Origin: a virus
IMG/VR virus record: IMGVR_UViG_3300045988_065473
Location: 1 to 58,410 of that record
Reading direction: 5' to 3' (one strand)
Length of the DNA: 58,410 nt
This document shows, piece by piece, positions 51,591 to 58,410 of the stretch; within the stretch, counting starts at the first letter, position 1, and every line of letters starts with the position of its first letter. Under the pieces are notes generated by a model that saw only the letters and a list, made by a program, of their open reading frames with translations, did not search any database and was not told the DNA's origin. The translations under genes were made by a program, and so were the position numbers.

Positions 51591-52373
51591 TCATTCGTCC
51601 TCCCCAACATTCTTAAATAGGATTTCCTTGTCGGCTTTCCAGTCTTTGATTTTGCACGGAATGTCCGTGCCGGGCACGGTCTTTTTCAGACCGTCCATCT
51701 GCCAGATATTCCACGAGATGGTGTCTGCAATGCAATCAAGAAACGCAGGCATACAGCTAATTTCAAGCCGTTTTGCATCAAACCGATACCTGAAATTTTC
51801 AATCAATGTTAGAAACAAGTTGCACCGTGCCAGCAAGAGATTGTCCCCCTGCCACTCATAGCCGTATGTCGATGTGTAGGCATCGATTGCCCAGCTCATC
51901 CATGCGTCATAGTCATGGAACCGTTCCGAAAGGACTTTCAGCTTCCTATCCAGCAGACCTATTCTATCCGGCACGGCAATTATCTGCCCTGTGGTGGTGT
52001 CGTATCTGCTTGTAAGAAACGGCGCTTCTCCGCAGGTGACTTCAAGGCAGGTCTTGTTTATGTAGCCCTTCCAATCCTCGCCCTTCAGGTCGTTTTCGGC
52101 AACGTCTGTCATCTTCTTGCAAACACAAGTCGGCGTAAATACCTCTGCTTTCTTGCTGGTACGCTTCTTCTGGTCTGCAAGCCGTTTCTGCACACGAGGG
52201 ACAAGCTGAACCTTATCCAGCTGTTCCAGCGTGATTTCATCTGCAAAGCCAACGCCCAGTTCAGGCGGCGGGTCTGTCGCCCAGATGATGTTTTTGCCTG
52301 TCGTGTGGTCTTGTAAGAGGACAGGCAGAAACGTGCGCAGGCACGGGTCGGAGAAGTCAATCAAAGTTTCCAT
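51591..52373 (-). CDS. Methyltransferase-like protein (Eco57I/TaqI-type N-terminal motifs, no NPPY seen)
   Basis: AEVFTP and LEVTCGEAPFL resemble the FxTP and EPxCGxGxFL motifs. The catalytic (N/D)PP(Y/F) motif is not found. Confidence 0.3.
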   Translation of the reverse strand: METLIDFSDPCLRTFLPVLLQDHTTGKNIIWATDPPPELGVGFADEITLEQLDKVQLVPRVQKRLADQKKRTSKKAEVFTPTCVCKKMTDVAENDLKGEDWKGYINKTCLEVTCGEAPFLTSRYDTTTGQIIAVPDRIGLLDRKLKVLSERFHDYDAWMSWAIDAYTSTYGYEWQGDNLLLARCNLFLTLIENFRYRFDAKRLEISCMPAFLDCIADTISWNIWQMDGLKKTVPGTDIPCKIKDWKADKEILFKNVGEDE

Positions 52374-52555
52374 TGGTCAGCCCTCACCATTATTTTGTTT
52401 TTCTCTTTCAGCCAGTCCTTGACGCAATGAAAGCAATGCTCACGGTTCTGGCAACGCTCCGGGTCACGATGTTTGATAAGCTCGCAGATGCCCCGCGTAA
52501 AGTTTTCTGTAATATCTTCGTCCGTCATGGAGCGGATAAAATCGCCGTTAGTCAT
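52361..52555 (-). CDS. Small Cys/His protein common in Firmicutes phages
   Basis: MTNGDFIRSMTDEDITE...CFHCVKDWLKE. Confidence 0.5.
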   Translation of the reverse strand: MTNGDFIRSMTDEDITENFTRGICELIKHRDPERCQNREHCFHCVKDWLKEKNKIMVRADQWKL

Positions 52556-52556
52556 T

Positions 52557-53315
52557 TTAGACCACCTCTTCTGCCACCTCTTTGTACTCCACATCAATCT
52601 CCTTCGGCAAAGCCGTCTGGTACTTCTGGGCTAATTGCTCTGCGCTCTGAGCATCGCCCAGCGGCTGTTCAGGCGGTGCAACGGTGACTTCCACGTTGTC
52701 ACGCATACCAAAGTAGTTCTTGGCTCGGAAAATCCACTCTGCCGGGTTCTCCTGACCGTACATACCGTTGTATGCCCACATGGACTGCATTTGCAGAATC
52801 AGCTTCAAGATGTACTTCTGCTGCAAGCTGTCGTCACGGCGTTTGCCCGCCATAATCTGCTTCAGGCTCACCCATTCGATGCCTAGCACCAGTGCGATCC
52901 ATTCCACCACAGGGGAGATTCTTGCTTCGATGCAAGCGTCAAAGAAGAAGTCAAGACGTTGCTGCACTTCAATTGGGTTGTTCATGTCCACGCTTGGAAG
53001 GTCGCCAAAATACTTGGCTGCAATCATTCCGATGACCTTCTTGTCCTCTTCATCACCGATTCTTGACTGCAAATCGCCTGTGTTCAGCATCTTAGACCTC
53101 GTGATTGCCAATTCCTGCTGTTCTTTCACCTTTTTACTCACCTGTGAGCGGATAGATTTCCGCTTGTTAAGCATCTGTTGTTTCTTCTTCTCTCGCTCTT
53201 TCTCACGCTTCGCAGCGGCTTCTTCTCTTGCCTTTTGCGCCCGCTTCTCACGCTTTTTCTTTTCCGCTTCGGTCAGCGGCGGTCTGCCACGACCACGCTT
53301 CGGGGGTGTTGCCAA
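52557..53315 (-). CDS. Terminase small subunit-like protein (gp3/GP3_package-like)
   Basis: ...QQRLDFFFDACIEARISPVVEWIALVLGI... and ...NPAEWIFRAKNYFGMRD... match the TerS gp3-type pattern. Basic K/R/E N-terminus. Confidence 0.55.
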   Translation of the reverse strand: MATPPKRGRGRPPLTEAEKKKREKRAQKAREEAAAKREKEREKKKQQMLNKRKSIRSQVSKKVKEQQELAITRSKMLNTGDLQSRIGDEEDKKVIGMIAAKYFGDLPSVDMNNPIEVQQRLDFFFDACIEARISPVVEWIALVLGIEWVSLKQIMAGKRRDDSLQQKYILKLILQMQSMWAYNGMYGQENPAEWIFRAKNYFGMRDNVEVTVAPPEQPLGDAQSAEQLAQKYQTALPKEIDVEYKEVAEEVV

Positions 53316-53321
53316 TAGTTA

Positions 53322-53486
53322 TCACCTCTTCATTTTCGTTTCGATTTTATCTAGCTCGGTTGCAATCCACCAGACGGAACAGCAGTTGTCCAACTGTCGC
53401 CACCAAGCGCACTTTTCTTTCTCGCAGACGCACCGACCGAGCGGATTGCTGGTCATCTTCATCGGACAGTAAAGTTCGTTGTCCAT
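53322..53486 (-). CDS. Cys-rich 54-aa protein
   Basis: Hand-translated as MDNELYCPMKMTSNPLGRCVCEKEKCAWWRQLDNCCSVWW... Confidence 0.45.
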   Translation of the reverse strand: MDNELYCPMKMTSNPLGRCVCEKEKCAWWRQLDNCCSVWWIATELDKIETKMKR

Positions 53487-53497
53487 GATTTTCCTTA

Positions 53498-53716
53498 TCA
53501 TTCCAACTGAAGATGAGCGTTTACCATCTTAACGGGAAAATACTCATCTATCTGCAAAAACTCTCCGCTTTTTAAGCTGACACCGCCAGACAATTTACTT
53601 ACCGAAATGTTCACGTTAGCTTTCATGAGAATTTCGCCGTTCAGCTCAAACACATCTCCATATTCCAGACACTCAAAATTAATTTCTTTTCTCTCAATAT
53701 CACAAATTTTCATCAT
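53498..53716 (-). CDS. Hypothetical protein
   Basis: ATGA coupling to the upstream gene. Confidence 0.5.
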   Translation of the reverse strand: MMKICDIERKEINFECLEYGDVFELNGEILMKANVNISVSKLSGGVSLKSGEFLQIDEYFPVKMVNAHLQLE

Positions 53717-53895
53717 TTCCACCCCATCACAACAGCCGTACAAACGGCCAGACACACGTTGACGAACAGCCAGACGAGCATTGCCTGCCGTTCCTCAAAC
53801 AGGCTGTTCGCCATGTTCTTGATTGTCCGTTCGGACTGAACTACTACCGCCAGTAGGACTAGGCAGACCAGCCAGCGGGTTACAAATTCAAACAT
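53713..53895 (-). CDS. Small membrane protein (2 TM)
   Basis: Hydrophobic. GGTGGAG RBS. Confidence 0.5.
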   Translation of the reverse strand: MFEFVTRWLVCLVLLAVVVQSERTIKNMANSLFEERQAMLVWLFVNVCLAVCTAVVMGWK

Positions 53896-53897
53896 TG

Positions 53898-54221
53898 TTA
53901 GCTCCACCTTTCCCTCAGCTCTTTTTCGACCTGTTCTGACTTTGCGGTGATGTAATCAGCAAACTCGTCAGGGGTCATGTTCTCGTTCTTGAACTGCCCA
54001 ACCATCTCCCAGTATCTGTCGCCAATGCGGATGATTTTCTGCACCTGTTCATCGGTCAGGTCTGCATCGCACCGAAGGTTCTGAATCAGTGCGCCCCATG
54101 TGGAGGCGATGCCATCCAGAGCCATACGAAATCCGTACAACTGGTTCTGTCGTGCGATTTTGCGGAGGTTGGTCGGCTTGACCTGTTTGCCACACAGGGG
54201 GCAGTTTCCGAATTTATTCAT
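53898..54221 (-). CDS. Hypothetical protein with an N-terminal CPLCG zinc knuckle
   Basis: AAAGGAG RBS before the ATG at 54221. Confidence 0.55.
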   Translation of the reverse strand: MNKFGNCPLCGKQVKPTNLRKIARQNQLYGFRMALDGIASTWGALIQNLRCDADLTDEQVQKIIRIGDRYWEMVGQFKNENMTPDEFADYITAKSEQVEKELRERWS

Positions 54222-54543
54222 CTGACTGCTCCTTTGTCCCAAGGCGAGAGAGCCAGCGGGCTTCTTTTTCATCTTCGATTTTGATAACCTTTTCCATGTA
54301 CCTGTTATAAATCAAGATTCCGTCTCTTTCGGCGGACTTGCCAAACATGGTTAGGCAGACAAAAACATCCGCCATTTCTTCTTGTATATTTTCTAAACAT
54401 TCCTCTACGCTCTTCGGTGTCGGGTTCGTGCCATTCAGCGCACGGCGCAGCTTCAACGCAGCCTGTGCCAATTCGGACGCTTCTTCTGCCAACTGTGCCA
54501 AGATTTCCGTCTTGGGCAGGATGTCTGAAACTTTCTTGCTCAC
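54214..54543 (-). CDS. MazG-like nucleotide pyrophosphohydrolase
   Basis: LAEEASELAQAALK...EEMADV motifs. GTG start after AAAGGAGAA. Confidence 0.65.
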   Translation of the reverse strand: MSKKVSDILPKTEILAQLAEEASELAQAALKLRRALNGTNPTPKSVEECLENIQEEMADVFVCLTMFGKSAERDGILIYNRYMEKVIKIEDEKEARWLSRLGTKEQSDE

Positions 54544-54749
54544 TTCTGTTCTCCTTTCAACCAGTCGTTCAGCTTTGCCATGCAAGAGGGGCAAAGAAAC
54601 GGCTCATCATAGCAATCGCAACTCCAGTAGTCCCATGCGTCATGCACGTTCTTGTCAACTAGAATCACGGCATTGGGCTTATGTCTCCCCATCTCATCGG
54701 GAGGTTCAGGATTAAACACTGCTCCGCAGCGGTCACATTTCATGCTCAT
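54540..54749 (-). CDS. Zinc-ribbon protein
   Basis: CDRCG...CPSC. Confidence 0.55.
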   Translation of the reverse strand: MSMKCDRCGAVFNPEPPDEMGRHKPNAVILVDKNVHDAWDYWSCDCYDEPFLCPSCMAKLNDWLKGEQK

Positions 54750-55266
54750 TCTCTTTCTCCAATCTCTTTAGCAGCCCGTCCACGTCATACTGCCAATGGA
54801 CACGTAGCCTTTTTGCTTTGACCTCTATCCCCTCTTGCTCTGCCCACTGCCAAGGGATGCTCTTCCGGCTCTCGTTGTAGCGGAACGCCAGAACCTTGCT
54901 GGCGGGGATTGCAAAGGTGCGGTTGATCGCCCTGTAATTGACTATCACATGGGCGGTCTGACCGCCGTACCCCATTGCGTCCACCATGTCAGTGATGTGC
55001 TTTTCCTTGCGGTACTTGCACTTTTCCTTGTCGTACTTTCCGAACACCTTTTCAAGAGGGATAGAGGGCGTTTCGATGGTTTTCAGTTCAAATAGATGGT
55101 TCATCGGGTATCGGTACACAAGGAAGTCACAGATGTTGTCGATGGAAAAGGACAGGTTCTCGTTGCCGCCGTAGTAGGTGGCGGCACTGTCTTTCAGGCG
55201 GTAGCACCACGCATCGGATGGGACGGATGCTTTGAAGTCTGCTTCAAACTGCTTGCCAGTGTTCAT
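54733..55266 (-). CDS. RecU-like PD-(D/E)xK Holliday-junction resolvase
   Basis: GKQFEADF..., DFLVY...LFELKT (D...E-x-K) arrangement. Confidence 0.6.
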   Translation of the reverse strand: MNTGKQFEADFKASVPSDAWCYRLKDSAATYYGGNENLSFSIDNICDFLVYRYPMNHLFELKTIETPSIPLEKVFGKYDKEKCKYRKEKHITDMVDAMGYGGQTAHVIVNYRAINRTFAIPASKVLAFRYNESRKSIPWQWAEQEGIEVKAKRLRVHWQYDVDGLLKRLEKENEHEM

Positions 55267-55577
55267 GCGCCATACTCCGTATCGTACTCGGCAATCAATT
55301 TCTTGCGCTCATTTTCCGTGTAAGCAAGAGCACCTTTGTAATAACGCAACATTCTTTCGTCACATTCACTGAATCTTCCGTTGTTGCGATACAATTCAAT
55401 TTCTCTGATATTCTTTTTGCATCTTTCAATATAATCGAGCTTGTGGTTTATTTTTTCCAGTTTCTCCCACTTGTCAAACAGCGGTTTAAGGTATTCGTAG
55501 ACAATTTTTGCTTTCTCATTTCCATCAGATGCCTTTTCCGAAACATAATTGAGCACTTTGTCGCTACTAAGTCTCAT
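55263..55577 (-). CDS. Hypothetical protein
   Basis: 104-aa ORF with 4-nt overlaps at both ends. Confidence 0.55.
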   Translation of the reverse strand: MRLSSDKVLNYVSEKASDGNEKAKIVYEYLKPLFDKWEKLEKINHKLDYIERCKKNIREIELYRNNGRFSECDERMLRYYKGALAYTENERKKLIAEYDTEYGA

Positions 55578-55792
55578 CCTCGTTCACCTCTAAATTCACT
55601 TCCGAGAAACCGTTTCTTGCCACGTTCCCGGTGCTTGTCCTCATAATCACGGTGGTACACGCTCTGGCTGTGATTCAGCTCATATACGAATGCCTTGCGT
55701 TCCTCGAAGTCTTTCTTTTCTGCTTTGTACTTCTCGCAAGTGTCGTGGCAAGCTGTGTAACGTGATTTGCAGTTGAGACAACAGGTAATCAT
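55574..55792 (-). CDS. Cys-rich hypothetical protein
   Basis: CCLNC...CHDTC. Confidence 0.5.
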   Translation of the reverse strand: MITCCLNCKSRYTACHDTCEKYKAEKKDFEERKAFVYELNHSQSVYHRDYEDKHRERGKKRFLGSEFRGERG

Positions 55793-55796
55793 TCTA

Positions 55797-56363
55797 TCAC
55801 CCCCATTGTTCGGACATGGCTTGCGAATGTTTTGCTATCCTACAAGCCCATTCAATAAAATCTTCTTTACTCATGTTAGCTTTCCCTCGATTGCATATTT
55901 TGCAACAAGGAACCACATTTTCTGCTGAGTATCCTTTTGAACTGTCTACTCGATCTATTCCATTATGGTCATATCCTTCCTTGCAGTTTTTGGTAACCGT
56001 ATGGTCGCTTTTTTCAGCTCCGCAATAAAAGCAAGGCTTCTGGATAATACTCCTAACCTCTTCATAAGAAAGATTCCACGAAATCCCTCTATCTCTTGCA
56101 TGACGCTTATATTGCAAAATAATGTGGTTTATAACGCCCTTATTGTCAGGCAATCTGTTCATTTGTTTTGGTAAGCAACCACAAGATTTTGTATTACCAG
56201 TTTTCAGGTTATGTCCTAGAACCGTAATAAAATTTCCGCATTCACATTTGCAAAGCCATTTTCTTTCCGTTGTTCCACATGGCTTTTTATGTATTCCATT
56301 TTGCTTAATAACAACAAGCTTGCCAAATTTATCCCCAGACTTTATAGAAGCTTTCATGCTCAC
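55797..56363 (-). CDS. HNH homing-type endonuclease
   Basis: ...HNGIDRVDSSKGYSAENVVPCCKICNRGK... Confidence 0.7.
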   Translation of the reverse strand: MSMKASIKSGDKFGKLVVIKQNGIHKKPCGTTERKWLCKCECGNFITVLGHNLKTGNTKSCGCLPKQMNRLPDNKGVINHIILQYKRHARDRGISWNLSYEEVRSIIQKPCFYCGAEKSDHTVTKNCKEGYDHNGIDRVDSSKGYSAENVVPCCKICNRGKANMSKEDFIEWACRIAKHSQAMSEQWG

Positions 56364-56372
56364 TTTTTTATA

Positions 56373-57023
56373 TCACCCCCAAGTATCTGCCATAGCTTTT
56401 GCCACGCCCGGAAAAGTTTTTGCTCGGTTTTTAGCCCGGTCAGTTGTAAACATCCCTTTATGCTGCTCTCCATGTTTATGAGAATAAGAGCCAGACGGAC
56501 ACCATGTCGCAGTAGGTTCTACGATGTTTGTCGGGTGCAGCGGCGGTACACCGCGCTCCCACAGTAGCGTTTTCTTGCTGTATGGATGCCCATATTCATA
56601 TGGCTGGATTGCCTGCGTAGGCTTCGGATAATCAAAAATCTTGCTGGGAGTAGGATTCTCAATCACTACTTTTTCGCAATCTGCCGCCCACACGGCAAGA
56701 AAAAGCGCCTTGCCGCACAATCCCTCATAATACCGGGAAAGATTGAGCTTTCCTCCCTTGTACAGGTGTCTTGCTCCCGCGTTGCTCGTCTTTGTGCAAG
56801 GGACAAATGCGATAATCATATCCCAGCGGGGCACATCATGTGCGATTCCGTCCATGGTCACGACCTGCCCCCCCTCAATAGCCTTTAGACAGTCACCGAG
56901 AATATGCCATTCCGGATGCCCGCCGGACGGCTCAATCAGGTCGCAGGAATAGGCTTCGTGACCCTTCGCCCGGAATGCTTTGCAGACTTCCTGCGATTCC
57001 TCACAGGCAACTAAAACTTTCAT
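56373..57023 (-). CDS. Short DNA cytosine-5 methyltransferase-like protein
   Basis: FVPCTKTSNAG (PC motif IV-like) and VIENPTP (ENV motif VI-like). Motif I is atypical. Confidence 0.4.
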   Translation of the reverse strand: MKVLVACEESQEVCKAFRAKGHEAYSCDLIEPSGGHPEWHILGDCLKAIEGGQVVTMDGIAHDVPRWDMIIAFVPCTKTSNAGARHLYKGGKLNLSRYYEGLCGKALFLAVWAADCEKVVIENPTPSKIFDYPKPTQAIQPYEYGHPYSKKTLLWERGVPPLHPTNIVEPTATWCPSGSYSHKHGEQHKGMFTTDRAKNRAKTFPGVAKAMADTWG

Positions 57024-57091
57024 CTTTCCAAACGCCCGTCCAGCCAGATAGCGCAGCTCTTATATAAGGTAGGCGGTCAATGCCTTACAGG

Positions 57092-57661
57092 TCAGAATGG
57101 CAGCGAACCATCGTCCTCAATCACAGAGAAGTTATCGTTCCCGCCCTGCGCGTAGCCAGAGCCAGACCCGCCAGCCAGTGTTTTCTTCGGTCTGACCTCA
57201 TAATCGCCGGAACGAATCTTGTCAACGCTGGTAAAGCGGTCAACAACGAGCTTGGTCTTGACGTTGCCATCGTTGCCCATGTACTCCTCCTCACGGAGAA
57301 CCACGCCGACCAGCTTTCCACGCAGGGTCTTTTCATCGTTGTTGAACTTGTAGCCGGGATTAGACTGCTCCACAGCGGTGATGAAGCCCTTGAAGAAGGG
57401 CAGCGCCTTTTCCTTGTAGCTCTTGATGGTCTTGCCGCCCCATGCCCATTCGCCCGGATTCAGCTTGCCACGTTCGATAAGGGAAGCGGTCTGCTCACGC
57501 CAGTAGCCCTTGAACTCTCCCTCTGCGACTTCCCACTCGATGTTCAGACGCTCCTTTGCAGGTTCGTCCGTTGCCTTGCAGATACCGGCAACATAGCCGC
57601 CAACAGGCAGGTCACGGCGCTCAGTGGCTTCCTGCACGTCATTCCAGTTGATGTTCTTCAT
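57092..57661 (-). CDS. DUF669-type ssDNA-binding-like protein with an SSB-like acidic tail
   Basis: C-terminus ...IEDDGSLPF resembles the SSB tail. Adjacent to a Sak4-like ATPase. Confidence 0.55.
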   Translation of the reverse strand: MKNINWNDVQEATERRDLPVGGYVAGICKATDEPAKERLNIEWEVAEGEFKGYWREQTASLIERGKLNPGEWAWGGKTIKSYKEKALPFFKGFITAVEQSNPGYKFNNDEKTLRGKLVGVVLREEEYMGNDGNVKTKLVVDRFTSVDKIRSGDYEVRPKKTLAGGSGSGYAQGGNDNFSVIEDDGSLPF

Positions 57662-57664
57662 CTG

Positions 57665-58297
57665 TTACTCTCCTTTGTTTTCCGGCTGAACCGGGATGTT
57701 GTAATACTCGCGGATGGTCTTGTCTACGGCAGCGAGGTCGTTCTCAATCAGCGCATCGTTGAACATTCCAAGAGGGGTTTTCACGGTGTCCATCCCATCA
57801 TTGCGGGTGCTGAACAGGTATCGCCCATCCTGCACAACGGTTTTCAGAACGATGGTGAAGTACCCTTCCACGCAGACCTTCTCGTCCAGTAGCTTGCCGA
57901 TAGTCTTGAACTTCTCGCCACCATCTCCGTCACGCTCGCTGTGGCCGAAAAAGTAGACCACAACATCGTCCGGCAGCTCCTTCGCCCGCATCAGCAAGGC
58001 GTTGAAGTTGGCTGCCATGTCGGTAAACTTCTGGTATCCAGCGACCTTTGCGTTCCGCATGAACTCGCCAGTCATAAGATAGGTGGCATCGTCAATGACG
58101 ATGGACTTGCGCTTGGTGCTGTGGATTGCGGCATCAATCTTGCCGTAGTCGTTGGTGATATAGGTTTTCATGTTGCTACGGAACGGCAGCGGCTTGCCAA
58201 GCACGTTGATAACCGCAACCTGTTCCGGGTCAAAGTTCCGAAGCGAAGCGGACTTGCCGCTTCCGGAATGACCGTAGACCATTACTAATACTGCCAT
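57665..58297 (-). CDS. Sak4-like / AAA_24 RecA-fold ATPase (recombination)
   Basis: Walker A GHSGSGKS and Walker B IVIDD. AAAGGAAAG RBS before the ATG at 58297. Confidence 0.65.
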   Translation of the reverse strand: MAVLVMVYGHSGSGKSASLRNFDPEQVAVINVLGKPLPFRSNMKTYITNDYGKIDAAIHSTKRKSIVIDDATYLMTGEFMRNAKVAGYQKFTDMAANFNALLMRAKELPDDVVVYFFGHSERDGDGGEKFKTIGKLLDEKVCVEGYFTIVLKTVVQDGRYLFSTRNDGMDTVKTPLGMFNDALIENDLAAVDKTIREYYNIPVQPENKGE

Positions 58298-58310
58298 TTT
58301 CTTTCCTTTC

Positions 58311-58350
58311 TTTGGCTTCATTAGGCTTCATTGTTCTTACTTTGGCTTAA
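58311..58350 (-). repeat. Four 10-bp-phased copies of the AAGCC(A/T)AA motif (inverted relative to 8741-8940)
   Basis: Plus-strand 10-mers are tttggcttca / ttaggcttca / ttgttcttac / tttggcttaa. Confidence 0.6.
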
Positions 58351-58355
58351 TAATG

Positions 58356-58410
58356 CTGCACAAAAATCAATCTCCCCAGCACACGGAATCCGCTTCGTCT
58401 GGCCGCTGCC
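58356..58410. repeat. Terminal direct repeat copy (identical to 1-55)
   Basis: Exact identity read directly. Confidence 0.95.

Overview
The first and last 55 nt of the window are identical, so this is a closed circular replicon of about 58,355 bp. I read it as a temperate siphovirus-like phage-plasmid from a Firmicutes/Clostridia-type host. Host cues are GGAGG-type ribosome-binding sites, a GH25 lysin, an LL-H holin, an XkdX-like gene and a RecU-like resolvase.

Modules:
- Immunity switch (CI-like and Cro-like genes, BRO/KilA-C antirepressor), about 2.1-5.5 kb.
- Plasmid-maintenance module on the plus strand, 5.5-10.5 kb: iteron origin, Rep_3/RepB initiator, ParA, an RHH adaptor and several DUF551 paralogs.
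- Terminator-insulated six-gene accessory cassette of low-complexity, Cys-rich and membrane proteins, 10.5-13.6 kb.
- Long minus-strand late operon, 14-38 kb: RtcB, TerL, portal, scaffold, capsid, connectors, major tail protein, G/G-T chaperones, tape measure, tail tip and fibres, XkdX-like gene, GH25 lysin, holins and a collagen-like fibre.
- HTH plus small serine recombinase, two RHH genes, an AntA antirepressor and a membrane moron, 39-42.7 kb.
- Orphan plus-strand small-gene operon, 43.2-44.5 kb.
- Second, iteron-dense origin (45.0-46.1 kb) next to a replisome organiser and DnaB.
- Early minus-strand region, 48.7-58.3 kb: Lar-like protein, two methyltransferase-like proteins, MazG, RecU-like, HNH, TerS-like, DUF669/SSB-like and Sak4-like ATPase.

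No tyrosine integrase or large serine integrase is present.

Most notable observations:
- A tRNA-like gene with canonical acceptor, D and T arms but a 21-nt anticodon loop. It lies in a 640-bp structured, ORF-free gap between terL and portal, about 2 kb from a phage rtcB RNA ligase that sits where terS is normally found.
- A 200-bp array of AGCC motifs in strict 10-bp register inside the RHH partition-adaptor gene, with a second short array at 58311-58350.
- Two separate iteron origins.
- A shared ACGTA-N4-TACGT operator in two promoters.
- A TerS-like gene about 16 kb away from terL.

All functional calls come from motif recognition by eye; no database search was run.
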